A stretch of 64,000 nucleotides of DNA from Candidatus Helarchaeota archaeon (GTDB lineage Archaea; Asgardarchaeota; Lokiarchaeia; Helarchaeales; RDOG01): assembly GCA_019058315.1 (NCBI GenBank), contig JAHPZH010000007.1, positions 96,001 to 160,000 of the forward strand. Direction: 5' to 3'. The position numbers and the translations under genes are program-made. This document shows positions 1-9,929 of this stretch, one piece after another (position 1 is the stretch's first letter; every line of letters begins with the position of its first letter). The notes beneath the pieces are model-generated. The model saw only the letters and a list, made by a program, of their open reading frames with translations. It ran no database searches and was not told the origin of the DNA.

Positions 1-22
1 CATGTAAAATTTCCAGTTGCAG

Positions 23-66
23 CAACTTTTTTACAAAAAAATAAAGATTAAATACTAACTAATAAA
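23..66 (+). repeat. Imperfect direct repeat, copy 1 (copy 2 at 1704-1750)
   Basis: caac-T6-acaaaaaaataaagattaaata matches caac-T9-acaaaaaataaagacctaaata. Confidence 0.6.
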
Positions 67-79
67 ATTGGGTTTAATT

Positions 80-1687
80 ATGAATAGTAATCAATCTAAA
101 GGAACTATATATTTTGGTGGTTCAATTATCACCATGAATGATAACCATCCTTTTGTAGAGGCCATTGGTATTGAGGGAGAGAAAATTGTTAGCATTGGTA
201 AACTCGAAGAAGTTAAAAATAAAATGGATCAAAATTGTAATTTAATAGATTTAAAAGGAAATACGCTTCTTCCAGGATTTTTTGATTGTCATATTCATCC
301 AATACCTTATCTTTTAACCTTTATTTATCTTGATCTTAGAAATGTTAATAGTTTTAAAGAACTCCAGAATCTCTTAAAAGAAACAGCTAAAGGAAAAAAG
401 AAAAATGAATTTATCTTTGGAATGAATTTAGGAGAAGAAAAATTCGAAAATCCAGTTCTACCAACGCGTTGGGATTTGGATGAGGTCTGTCCTGAAAATC
501 CTGTTTTTCTTATTAAAAATGATGGTCATTCAGGGGTTGTTAATAGTAAAGCATTAGAGTTGGCTCGAATAAATCGTAATACAATTCCTCCTGAGGATGG
601 TGAAATACTGAAAGACGAAAACGGTGAACCTACAGGTATTTTAAAAGAAAGAATGCTTAATTCTTTAATGAGATATGTTCCACTTCCAGAAAGAAAAGTA
701 GTTTTGGATGCCGCTTCAAAAGTTTTTAATATATTAGCAGAAAATGGAATAACATCTATTCATGGAATTTTTGAATTAGATAATGGACCAGGAAATCTTG
801 GTAGTTTTGCTGTTCCAATTCTTAAAAGTATCACTGATAGAATTCATCAAAATTTATATAGTATATTTTTTACGACAAATCCAAAAAAATTAAATCGTAT
901 AAAGAAACCTCCCTTGGATGATAATAAAATAGACGGCAAATTTAAAGTTGGTGGAATAAAAGAATGGTTTGATGGCTCTTATGATTCATTAACAGCTTAC
1001 ATGCACGAGCCTTATACAGACTATCCTAAAAAAAATGGTTTTTGTGTAATTGATGAAGATATTTTATATGACCGAATGGTAAAAGCGCATAATCTAGGCT
1101 TCCAAATTGCAATACATGCTATAGGTGATAAGGCAAATAGGATTGTTGTTGATCTTTATAAAAAGTTATTAACTGAATTTCCAAGAAAAGACCATCGACA
1201 TCGAATTGAACATGCTTCCATTTTGACAGATGATGTGATAAAAGATATAAAAGAATTGGGATTAATAACCTCGTGTCAACCCGGTTTTGTCAACTATGAA
1301 TGTGATTGGGTGGAAAATAGATTAGGAAAAGAAAGAATCAAATATACTTACCCCTATAAATCCTTATTAGACGCAGGAATAGTCATCGCTTCTGGTTCTG
1401 ATGCCCCTGTTGACTATCCTAATGTGATTTTAGGACTTTATGCGTATGTAACTCGAAGTGGTTTTATTCCAGAACAATGCATATCAATCGAGGAAGCACT
1501 TAAGACATATACTATAAATGCTGCTTACGCTTCTTTTGAAGAAGATATAAAAGGAAGTATAGAAGAAGGAAAACTTGCTGATCTAGTGATTTTAAATAGG
1601 AATCCACTTAAAGTTTCCAAAGATAAAATAAAAGAAATCCGAGTAATTGAAACAATAATTAGAGGAAAAACTGTTTATAAAAAATAA
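80..1687 (+). CDS. Amidohydrolase 3 (YtcJ-like metal-dependent hydrolase)
   Basis: PGFFDCHIH, HAIGDKA, RIEHA, GSDAP and GSIEEGKLADLVIL motifs; ATG at 80 preferred over TTG at 68. Confidence 0.9.
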   Translation: MNSNQSKGTIYFGGSIITMNDNHPFVEAIGIEGEKIVSIGKLEEVKNKMDQNCNLIDLKGNTLLPGFFDCHIHPIPYLLTFIYLDLRNVNSFKELQNLLKETAKGKKKNEFIFGMNLGEEKFENPVLPTRWDLDEVCPENPVFLIKNDGHSGVVNSKALELARINRNTIPPEDGEILKDENGEPTGILKERMLNSLMRYVPLPERKVVLDAASKVFNILAENGITSIHGIFELDNGPGNLGSFAVPILKSITDRIHQNLYSIFFTTNPKKLNRIKKPPLDDNKIDGKFKVGGIKEWFDGSYDSLTAYMHEPYTDYPKKNGFCVIDEDILYDRMVKAHNLGFQIAIHAIGDKANRIVVDLYKKLLTEFPRKDHRHRIEHASILTDDVIKDIKELGLITSCQPGFVNYECDWVENRLGKERIKYTYPYKSLLDAGIVIASGSDAPVDYPNVILGLYAYVTRSGFIPEQCISIEEALKTYTINAAYASFEEDIKGSIEEGKLADLVILNRNPLKVSKDKIKEIRVIETIIRGKTVYKK

Positions 1688-1703
1688 TGTTTTAATATTA
1701 CAT

Positions 1704-1750
1704 CAACTTTTTTTTTACAAAAAATAAAGACCTAAATAATCAAATATAAA
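1704..1750 (+). repeat. Imperfect direct repeat, copy 2 (T-tract plus promoter-like segment)
   Basis: Matches 23-66; lies between the amidohydrolase stop and the PRTase start. Confidence 0.6.
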
Positions 1751-1768
1751 GTTACATTACTAATTTTC

Positions 1769-2290
1769 ATGTCAGAACTGTTTTTTAATATTCAAAAATA
1801 TAAAAAGATAGGGGACTTTGAACTCTCTTCTGGTAAAAAAACAAAAATATATTGGGATTTTCGACCTTTATTAGTCAATTATAAAGAACTTAATCTCTTA
1901 ATGGAACTTTATTTTGAAAATCTTTGGAATAAAATAGATTCGAACGAAAAAGGTCTAAATCTTATCGGTTTAGAATTTTGGGGGGCTGTTTTAGTTCCAA
2001 TGTTAAATTTTCTTTCGCCAAATCAAAAAATAAATTATAATCCTCTAATTTTAAGGAAAAAAAAGGATTATGGAATAAAAGAAAGATTATTGGGAAAAAT
2101 AAATCCAAATTTTAGGACTGTTTTATTGGATGATATTGTCTTTACTGGAAATACACTAATTAGTGCAATTAAATATCTAGAAAAAAGCAATATCAAAGTA
2201 GACAAGATTCTAGTCTTGATAAACAATTCAAAATTCAAAGAAATAAACTCGACCCCATTAGATTCAGTCTTTAAAATACCACGAATTTAA
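1769..2290 (+). CDS. pyrE: Orotate phosphoribosyltransferase-like type I PRTase
   Basis: FELSSGKKTKIYWDFR, RKKKDYG and PRPP loop VLLDDIVFTGNT. Confidence 0.75.
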   Translation: MSELFFNIQKYKKIGDFELSSGKKTKIYWDFRPLLVNYKELNLLMELYFENLWNKIDSNEKGLNLIGLEFWGAVLVPMLNFLSPNQKINYNPLILRKKKDYGIKERLLGKINPNFRTVLLDDIVFTGNTLISAIKYLEKSNIKVDKILVLINNSKFKEINSTPLDSVFKIPRI

Positions 2291-2317
2291 TTGTTATTAT
2301 CAGTTTTCATTCCAAAT

Positions 2318-2638
2318 TTATTCTGTAGGTAAATTTGCATCTTTCCACTCTTGCCAACCACCTTTATATCGTAATATATTAGTAAATCCTAAGTTTGATA
2401 TCGTTTCTGCAGCAATACCACTTGCAGGACAATTTAGATCCTTAGAATAAGTGATTATTAAATCATCTTTATCAGCCATTGAGTCAATTCTGTTTTCAAT
2501 TTGTGAGATTAGAAGGTGTCTTGCAGCTTTGATATGCTCTTTATTATAATCTGGAGTATCTCTGACATCTAATAATAAAAATTTCTGCTTTTTTTTAATA
2601 ATTTCCAATAATTCTTGTTTATCAATAATCCTAACCAT
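2318..2638 (-). CDS. Rhodanese-like domain protein
   Basis: LLDVRDTPDYNKEHIKAA and YKGGWQEWK motifs; start at MVRII preferred. Confidence 0.85.
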   Translation of the reverse strand: MVRIIDKQELLEIIKKKQKFLLLDVRDTPDYNKEHIKAARHLLISQIENRIDSMADKDDLIITYSKDLNCPASGIAAETISNLGFTNILRYKGGWQEWKDANLPTE

Positions 2639-3132
2639 ATTTTCAAATCCAAGTAACTTTGAATTTTTATCTATTTTCTTAAATATCAATTAAAACTAAA
2701 AAAAATCGATTCCAAGCTGGATTTAGATTAATTGATAACTATTTAGAATAACCATTATCTAGTTACAAAAATTTAATTATAAAAAATTTATTTAAATCAA
2801 TTATATCAAAATAGATCATAAACCAAACCCTAATGCTTCTATGCCATCTACCTAAGAAGCGTATGTGATTGCTTTTTTAATTATATAACCATTTTCATTA
2901 GTATTGATTATTTGACTGGTCATATTTTTAATTATTCTCTTAATTCTTCTTCCTAAGTAAAGTTCATAGTGTTCGATTGATTAGCCATCCAGATGTCTCT
3001 CCAAATTTTGCATTTTAAAATCTAAACTTCAATAACCCCTAATTTTTTGGATCTTTATAAGTAAAACTCAATTTACTTTATAATTTAAAATAAGTGGTGA
3101 ATTCTACATTAAAAAAATAAAAGGTAAGAAAA

Positions 3133-3849
3133 ATGTTTACATCTACCCCTAATTATACTTCTATATTTTATATTATAGCAATAATTTGGTTTATATTAGT
3201 TGTAATTTTGATCAATTTAATTATTAAAAATAAATTAACCTATGTCGATGAATTTAGACAGAAGTTCGTTTCAGGAATTTTCTTTTTAATAATAACTCTG
3301 ACTATTATGTTAATTGCTCAAATTGCTCTTCAAATACCACAAGAAATCATGAGTATATTAATTGGGTCTATTATTTTTACGCTTATTGGGTTCGAAACAT
3401 TAACACTTATTGGAATATCCCAATTAATTGATTATATTTCCTCGATAATTGATTTTGAAATAAAAAATAAAAAAAGGAATGCTATTTTAAGTTCTATTCT
3501 CATAACCATAATTCTTACTATTATATATGCAATAAATAATTTACATAATGTTGCTCAGATAAATTATGTATTTGTAGTTCCAATAGGGATTTTCTGTTTC
3601 TATTTTGCTACTATATATACTTTTTTATTACATCAAGAGATGAAAAAAATCAATCTAAATATTCTCCTATATATAGCACTGGTTTTTTTAACTATTACTA
3701 CAGTTTCAACTTCCATACCATTTGTAAATTTCATATCTGACCCTTTTTTTTATGTTATTGTTTTCTTTTGCTTTATTGGATTTGACATAATTTTAATTAT
3801 TGGATATTTAGATTTTAAAAACAAAATAAATAAGGGATTAGCAAAATAA
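3133..3849 (+). CDS. Integral membrane protein, about 7 TM helices, unknown function
   Basis: Seven hydrophobic stretches, no soluble domain. Confidence 0.7.
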   Translation: MFTSTPNYTSIFYIIAIIWFILVVILINLIIKNKLTYVDEFRQKFVSGIFFLIITLTIMLIAQIALQIPQEIMSILIGSIIFTLIGFETLTLIGISQLIDYISSIIDFEIKNKKRNAILSSILITIILTIIYAINNLHNVAQINYVFVVPIGIFCFYFATIYTFLLHQEMKKINLNILLYIALVFLTITTVSTSIPFVNFISDPFFYVIVFFCFIGFDIILIIGYLDFKNKINKGLAK

Positions 3850-4034
3850 GTAATGATTTAATAAAAGCGTTTAAACTATTACTTGATAATATTTTTTCTA
3901 GAAGTGGAGAAATACTTGGTGAAAATATTATCATAAAGTTAATCAAATAAAATAATTTTGTATATTTTTTATTAGTTACTTTAAACTATCTTTTATTCCT
4001 TCTGAAATGTAGAAAATCAAATCAGTGATTAGGT

Positions 4035-5123
4035 TTGAGTATTTTGGCAGAATATCGTGAAGCATTAATAAGAATTGCCAAAAAAATATCTAAATCCAGT
4101 ATGAGCATTCCAATGGATGCAAATGGAGAGCCAACAAATACATATATTGAGTATTTAAGTTTATTATTTGATCCAAACGATGCAAAAATTGTTCAAGAAC
4201 TCGAAGTTTTTCCTAAAAACATGTCTTTAACTAAATTATCAAAACATCTGGGAAAAGATAAGCAAGAGTTAATGGACTTATTAGATCCACTAAGTAAAAA
4301 AGGTGTGGTTTTTAAAATGGGAAAAACTTATGCTATTCCTGTTCCATTAGAAATTTTTGATATGCCATTCATGATAAAAGAAGTTTATGGAGGTAAAAAT
4401 GCTAAAAAATTGGCTGAATTAAGTAGAAAATTCTTTGAGGAGGAAGGATATTATAAAATTTGGGAAACTACAGAAGATGGAATTCCTAGAACTAGAATTT
4501 TAACTGTTAGTGAAAAAATTGTACCTGGCCATGAAATAATACCTCTTGATGAAGTTTATACTATTATTGAACAAAATACAAGTTTTGCCTTAGTACCTTG
4601 TCCCTGCCGAAATCGTTTCGAAATTGAAGGAAATAGAAAATGTAAGAATAAATACCCAATTCATAATTGTATATTACTTGGGGCTTTTGCAGAAAAAGTT
4701 ATCAGCATGGGTGATCCTGTAGCAAGGAGAGCCAGTAAAGTCGAAGTTACACGGTTAACGCAAGATACTGCTAAACGTGGATTAATACATACCACAGATA
4801 ATTTTATTCGTAGTAATATTCTCTGTTCTTGTTGCGAATGTTGTTGTGTAATGCTGGCAGGTCTAACGCGACCTGGGTTGGATAATCCTAGAGCAATTGC
4901 AAAAGCAAATTATATAGCACGCGTAGATAAAAGAGCATGCACAGCTTGTGAATTGTGTTTAACTAGATGTAAATTTAATGCAATTTCAATTGAAAAAACT
5001 TCAATTATCGACGAAAATAAATGTTTGGGTTGCGGGTTATGTGCTGTAACTTGTCCAAATAATGCGATTAAAATGCATAGATTAGAGAGAGAAAAAATGC
5101 CTGAAGAACAAATTTACCTTTAA
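4035..5123 (+). CDS. 4Fe-4S dicluster protein with N-terminal wHTH-like region and Cys-rich middle domain
   Basis: CPCR, CSCCECCC, CTACELCLTRC and CLGCGLCAVTCP motifs. Confidence 0.85.
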   Translation: MSILAEYREALIRIAKKISKSSMSIPMDANGEPTNTYIEYLSLLFDPNDAKIVQELEVFPKNMSLTKLSKHLGKDKQELMDLLDPLSKKGVVFKMGKTYAIPVPLEIFDMPFMIKEVYGGKNAKKLAELSRKFFEEEGYYKIWETTEDGIPRTRILTVSEKIVPGHEIIPLDEVYTIIEQNTSFALVPCPCRNRFEIEGNRKCKNKYPIHNCILLGAFAEKVISMGDPVARRASKVEVTRLTQDTAKRGLIHTTDNFIRSNILCSCCECCCVMLAGLTRPGLDNPRAIAKANYIARVDKRACTACELCLTRCKFNAISIEKTSIIDENKCLGCGLCAVTCPNNAIKMHRLEREKMPEEQIYL

Positions 5124-5135
5124 ATTTAGATATCT

Positions 5136-5342
5136 TTATAATGCCGTTGCAAAATACATCAAGAAGAAGTGAATACTAAAACCAAATAATAATGAAATGA
5201 TCGGTACTGCAATAAACGCTCTTTTTCTAGAATATCTTGCTCCAGCAGAAACATGAACCATAAACCATATGAGGTAAGTAACTCCAATTACTAGAAAAAC
5301 AATGGCAAGTATAAGTATAATTACTAGAACCCATTCATACAT
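5136..5342 (-). CDS. Small 2-TM membrane protein
   Basis: 68 aa, two hydrophobic helices, ATG with GTGAT upstream. Confidence 0.6.
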   Translation of the reverse strand: MYEWVLVIILILAIVFLVIGVTYLIWFMVHVSAGARYSRKRAFIAVPIISLLFGFSIHFFLMYFATAL

Positions 5343-5717
5343 CGATAAATCACGAATTTATTACTTTTAAAAATATATTTCCAAAAGAAAATTAATAAGA
5401 TTTTGGTGCTTTTTATTTAATAGTATTTTGCATACCAGATAAGTTCTCATTTGAGGTTAGGATTCTTTAATCAAAATGATTGCATTTAATGCTTATTTTT
5501 TCTAATCTTGAAATGTCTTATGATAATATTAAGTAAAAAATCATTAATAATTATCCAAAATATTCCAATATGGTTTTAATCTTAATTAAATCATTCTTAT
5601 CCTATTAAATAATACTAAATTATATTTAAAAATGTTCAATATTTGTTGTTCTTATTTTTTTTTTAAAAAGAGTTATATTTATTTAAAATCAAATTTTTAA
5701 AAGAATTTAAATTTTGG

Positions 5718-7397
5718 ATGTCTAGAATGGACGAAGAAAAAACTACAAATATCGAATCTATGAAAAAATTTTCAAAGGAAGAAAGAAAAAAGATTAGAGA
5801 AAAACGCAGAGCGGAACAAGGTGCTCCGACAAAGATGAATAGATATTTATATTTCGTACTTTTCTTTGCATCAATCGTTAATTTTTTTGATAACTGGTGC
5901 ACTCTTGCCATTACTATTGCAATGGGGAATTTTTCAGGAGCAATAGATATATTAGGAATATTATTAAAAGAAGATCTTTTCTCCTACTTCGGCATCACTG
6001 GATCACCAATTACAATGGGGATTATTCTCTCAATTGCGGGTACTGGAGTAGTTGCTGCTGTTTCCTTTAGGTATTTGGGTGATAAATATGGGAGACGACC
6101 CTTGGTTCTCTGGACTTCTGTGTTTTTTATATTATTTTCAATTTTGACTGGGCTTTCACCACCAAGTTCTCAAGGGTTAATTATGTTCCTTATTTTTAGG
6201 ATAGCATCCAATTATTTTCTCTCTGCGGACATTGTCATAGTTATTATGGCAGAAGAAGCCCCAGATAGCATCCGGGGGCGTTTGATTGGGACAGTGCTTG
6301 CTTTAGGAACGATGGGAGGATCTGTTTGTGGAATAATTCAATCAATGAGCATTCATATTGATCTCGGAGGAGTTATATTAAAAACGTGGCAAAGCATGTT
6401 TTTCCTAACCATTATAGGATATATATTTGTGATTCCTCTGTATTTCTTTTTAAAGGAGACTAATAGATTCAAATCCATGAAAAAATATGAAGATTGGAGG
6501 AAAAAAAAGGGATTAAAGCCAAAAATTGGTTGGTTAGCCCCACTAAAAAGGCAATACATACGCGGGATGGTCGCAGGTTGTGTTATTGGGTTCTTAGGAA
6601 ATTTAATTTATTTTGCTCAAATAACTTTTTTCGCTTTATTTTACAATAAGGAATTGGGAATGTCGCCAGAAATGGTTGGATTAGCGTCGCTGCCATCAAC
6701 ACTTGGAGCGGCATTGGGATATTTTCTAGGAGGTCCTATCGTTGATCGATGGGGACGTATACCAACTATTCATCGTTTCGGTACAATTGCTATGGTTTCT
6801 ACCTTCTTTTTCACAGTTCCAGCGATATTCGTCATTCCTGGGTTGTCGAACCCATTGGCCATTTTATTCATATTAATTGGTGCAGTTGCTGGTATTTTTT
6901 GCTTGACCATAACAGTCACTGCTGGAGCAGTAGTTGGAATGGAGTTATTTCCCACTCACATTAGAAGTACTGCTGCAGGTTGGGTGGGGGCTATTTCTAG
7001 AGGAGCAGTAATTGTAGCTCCTTTATTAACGATGTGGGGAGCCGAAAAAATTGGCGGTTTAGGATTATCGTACATGTTCATGTTCTTTTTAACAGCGTAC
7101 ACTTCAATTAGCATCATGTTTTCGGTATATTTATTAATTCCGGAAAGTAAAGGTCGTCAGCTTGAAGAAATTGTTGCTACTGAGATTTATACCAAAATGA
7201 AGAGAAGTAAGGATTATAATAAACCATATATCTTCTATACCTTGGGATTTGTGACATTAACCGCATGTTCTATAATATTTGGACTGACAACTGGTGCACC
7301 AATTTTAAATGTAATAATCATGGTTGGAATTTTTGCTACATTATCTGGCAGTTGTTTCCTAATAGTTGTAAAAGCAAGAAGTATGATTACTGAATGA
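5718..7397 (+). CDS. MFS transporter
   Basis: GDKYGRRP and VDRWGR motif A; EEAPDSIRG, ELFPTHIRSTA, PESKGRQLEEI. Confidence 0.9.
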   Translation: MSRMDEEKTTNIESMKKFSKEERKKIREKRRAEQGAPTKMNRYLYFVLFFASIVNFFDNWCTLAITIAMGNFSGAIDILGILLKEDLFSYFGITGSPITMGIILSIAGTGVVAAVSFRYLGDKYGRRPLVLWTSVFFILFSILTGLSPPSSQGLIMFLIFRIASNYFLSADIVIVIMAEEAPDSIRGRLIGTVLALGTMGGSVCGIIQSMSIHIDLGGVILKTWQSMFFLTIIGYIFVIPLYFFLKETNRFKSMKKYEDWRKKKGLKPKIGWLAPLKRQYIRGMVAGCVIGFLGNLIYFAQITFFALFYNKELGMSPEMVGLASLPSTLGAALGYFLGGPIVDRWGRIPTIHRFGTIAMVSTFFFTVPAIFVIPGLSNPLAILFILIGAVAGIFCLTITVTAGAVVGMELFPTHIRSTAAGWVGAISRGAVIVAPLLTMWGAEKIGGLGLSYMFMFFLTAYTSISIMFSVYLLIPESKGRQLEEIVATEIYTKMKRSKDYNKPYIFYTLGFVTLTACSIIFGLTTGAPILNVIIMVGIFATLSGSCFLIVVKARSMITE

Positions 7398-7733
7398 TTA
7401 TAAAAAAATTTTAGATTATCTAGTAAAATTGAAAAAAAATAAATTGCTTAGAAATTTTATTAGACTCGAGAAATACATTAATTAAACCATTATAAAAATA
7501 AAAAACATACAATTCTTAATTTCCATTGCTTAAATAATTAATAATAATCTTAAAATTTCAAATCTTTATTTTAAACTTGTACATTTTAAATTATTCAAAT
7601 AATTTTAATATTAGCAATTATTAACAATATTGCGAAACCAGTGCTACCCATAAAGGAACAATTTTACGATTCCTATTTAAGTTCCAATAAGGGTGCCAAA
7701 GGATGCCGCTCAACTGAAATAAGATGTGATCTT

Positions 7734-8597
7734 TTGCATTTTCTCAATAAAATAATTAAAGGACAAATAGATGATACGGTGCATAGGAGATTTATAAAAT
7801 TCTCGAAGGGTTTGTTTATGAATGGAGGCCCTGTTTTATTAGCAAAAAAAGCTAAAAATAATGTACTATCTCTTAATGCTAGTTTTGATTACGAGGATTT
7901 AATTGGGGAATTTACAACGAACCATTTACCTGATGGTAATTATAAATTAACTGGTCTAATTTATACTCAACCAAGGGTTCCATTAACTGAATGTGAAACT
8001 TTGGCAAATTCAATAGGCTTAAATAGCAACTGGGAGCAGGGAAAACGTGATTTGAGAAAACTTTACCTATTAAATATAAATGAAGATAAAAAAAATTCGG
8101 AAATTAAAGAAATATATTCTAAATTAAATGAGATCTGCACATTATTATTGAATATTACTCCAAAATCGGGTAAGGTATGGAAACTCACTACTAAAGATAA
8201 AATTCCAAGCCTTAAAAAACTACAAGACACTCCTATGCCCAATTGTAAACCAGATAAAGCAGAAAAATGTAATTATCTTAAATTTTGTGAAAAAAATGGC
8301 ATTTGTGTTAACAGTAGAATTGGTTTTGTTAAAGTAAAAACTGATAAGCTTGATGAAAAAAGTATCAAGGATTTCATCGATTTATTTACGCCCGATTTCA
8401 ATGGGAAAGTTCCAACTGATTTTACTGAATTAGTTCTAGCAAATCAATATATGATTGAAGATTTTGAAGATCCACCCAATAAAGATAAATTAAAACCTAA
8501 AGAATTACGTGAAAAAATTATTAAAAAGGGATTTATTAATCGAATTCTTCTGATAGATAAAAAAGAGATAGTAAATAAAGTCGAATTTAAGGTCTAA
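7734..8597 (+). CDS. Conserved hypothetical archaeal protein
   Basis: Long open frame; N-terminus (M)HFLNKII..DDTVHRRFIKFSKG resembles an uncharacterised archaeal family; TTG at 7734 behind GATGTGAT preferred over GTG at 7641. Confidence 0.6.
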   Translation: MHFLNKIIKGQIDDTVHRRFIKFSKGLFMNGGPVLLAKKAKNNVLSLNASFDYEDLIGEFTTNHLPDGNYKLTGLIYTQPRVPLTECETLANSIGLNSNWEQGKRDLRKLYLLNINEDKKNSEIKEIYSKLNEICTLLLNITPKSGKVWKLTTKDKIPSLKKLQDTPMPNCKPDKAEKCNYLKFCEKNGICVNSRIGFVKVKTDKLDEKSIKDFIDLFTPDFNGKVPTDFTELVLANQYMIEDFEDPPNKDKLKPKELREKIIKKGFINRILLIDKKEIVNKVEFKV

Positions 8598-8629
8598 CGG
8601 TTAAGTTTTTTTTAGAATCTTTATTTTTT

Positions 8630-9928
8630 TTAACCCTCAATCCCTGGTAATGTTTCTTTTATTCTCATAAAAAGTGGGAGCGAAATAATGAAGAATATAG
8701 GCGCAAAAGCAAATATTACGGGCAAACCAAAGACAGTTGCAACTATTCCACCTATTAACGAGCCTATGACTTGAGAAAGAGTATTAGTTATATTTAATAT
8801 TCCTAAAAATTTCCCTCTTTTTTCTTCTGGTAATAAATCTTGATTCCAAGCATTAAGAGGCGTAAGAACTCCAAGTAATACTGTTAAAATTAATGAAAAG
8901 GCAAAAACATATAAAATAAGAATTGGTTCGGTAGTAGATAAAAAAGGAACGATAAAGAATCCAAGGCTAGATATCATTATTACTGGAGTTATGAATTTCT
9001 TACGGCCATATTTATCAGCATATTTTCCTAATAAATACATCATTATGAAAGTGAATGGAGCGGCTACTCCAAGTATAATAACCATTGTAATTGTAGAAAA
9101 CCCCAGATCAAAAATGTATATGAATAAAAATGGCAGAATGATATAGACGCCTGAATTAAAAACTGTAAAGGCTAAAACAAATTTATAAAATTCGCGATTC
9201 TTTTTAAACTCTTCAATATTAAATATTTCTTTAAATTCTTGAAAAAATGGTTTCTTCGGTGGTAATTCTGAAACTGGTTTTTCTTTAATGAATAAGAAAC
9301 CTATAAAAGAAGCTATAAAAAATACTATTCCTCCTATTGAAAGTATGAAAATATATCCTTCTCTAGTTATAATAGTTCTTGGCCACCTAAAAATATCTGG
9401 AATCCCAAAAATTGCATTAAGTATCAAAGTAGATGCGACTCCAACAACTAAACCGATATTTCCAAGTATATTAACGATTCCGTTTGCTCTACCACGATAT
9501 TCAATATCCATTAAATCTGGGATAAGAGCTCTTTGTGCAACATAATATGAGTTAGATGCAATTCCGATAGCAATAACATCAATTATCACTGCCGTTATGT
9601 AATTTTGCGAAAATGGATATATAATCATTGAAATCCCCGCTAATAAACCACCGAATAATAGAAATGGTCTTCTTCTTCCATACTTCGATCGCGAGTTATC
9701 ACTTAATATCCCTAAAAATAGATGAGATAAAAGACCTGCAAGGGCAGAAAAAGTCACCATGATTGAAATAAATATGTATTGTAAGTTGAGAACATAGTCC
9801 AAGAAAGTATTAAATATTTGTGCTTCGAGATAACCAAAAATTTGAGCTGCCGCATATAAAATTCCAATTATCATAATTTGAGAGATAAGGAAACGGCTTA
9901 ATTTTTTTTCTCCATCTTTTAATTCCAT
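8630..9928 (-). CDS. MFS transporter (GPH/sugar-like)
   Basis: LSDNSRSKYGRRRPF and ADKYGRKK, 12 TM; ATG at 9928 lies just after the nreA stop. Confidence 0.9.
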   Translation of the reverse strand: MELKDGEKKLSRFLISQIMIIGILYAAAQIFGYLEAQIFNTFLDYVLNLQYIFISIMVTFSALAGLLSHLFLGILSDNSRSKYGRRRPFLLFGGLLAGISMIIYPFSQNYITAVIIDVIAIGIASNSYYVAQRALIPDLMDIEYRGRANGIVNILGNIGLVVGVASTLILNAIFGIPDIFRWPRTIITREGYIFILSIGGIVFFIASFIGFLFIKEKPVSELPPKKPFFQEFKEIFNIEEFKKNREFYKFVLAFTVFNSGVYIILPFLFIYIFDLGFSTITMVIILGVAAPFTFIMMYLLGKYADKYGRKKFITPVIMISSLGFFIVPFLSTTEPILILYVFAFSLILTVLLGVLTPLNAWNQDLLPEEKRGKFLGILNITNTLSQVIGSLIGGIVATVFGLPVIFAFAPIFFIISLPLFMRIKETLPGIEG

Positions 9929-9929
9929 T

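Noticed and set aside
2800-3015. Possible decayed gene on the minus strand (MQNLERHLDG*SIEHYELYLGRRIKRII..AS*VDGIEALGFGL*)
   Set aside because: Reads protein-like across stops, but I cannot assign it to any family; needs tblastn.
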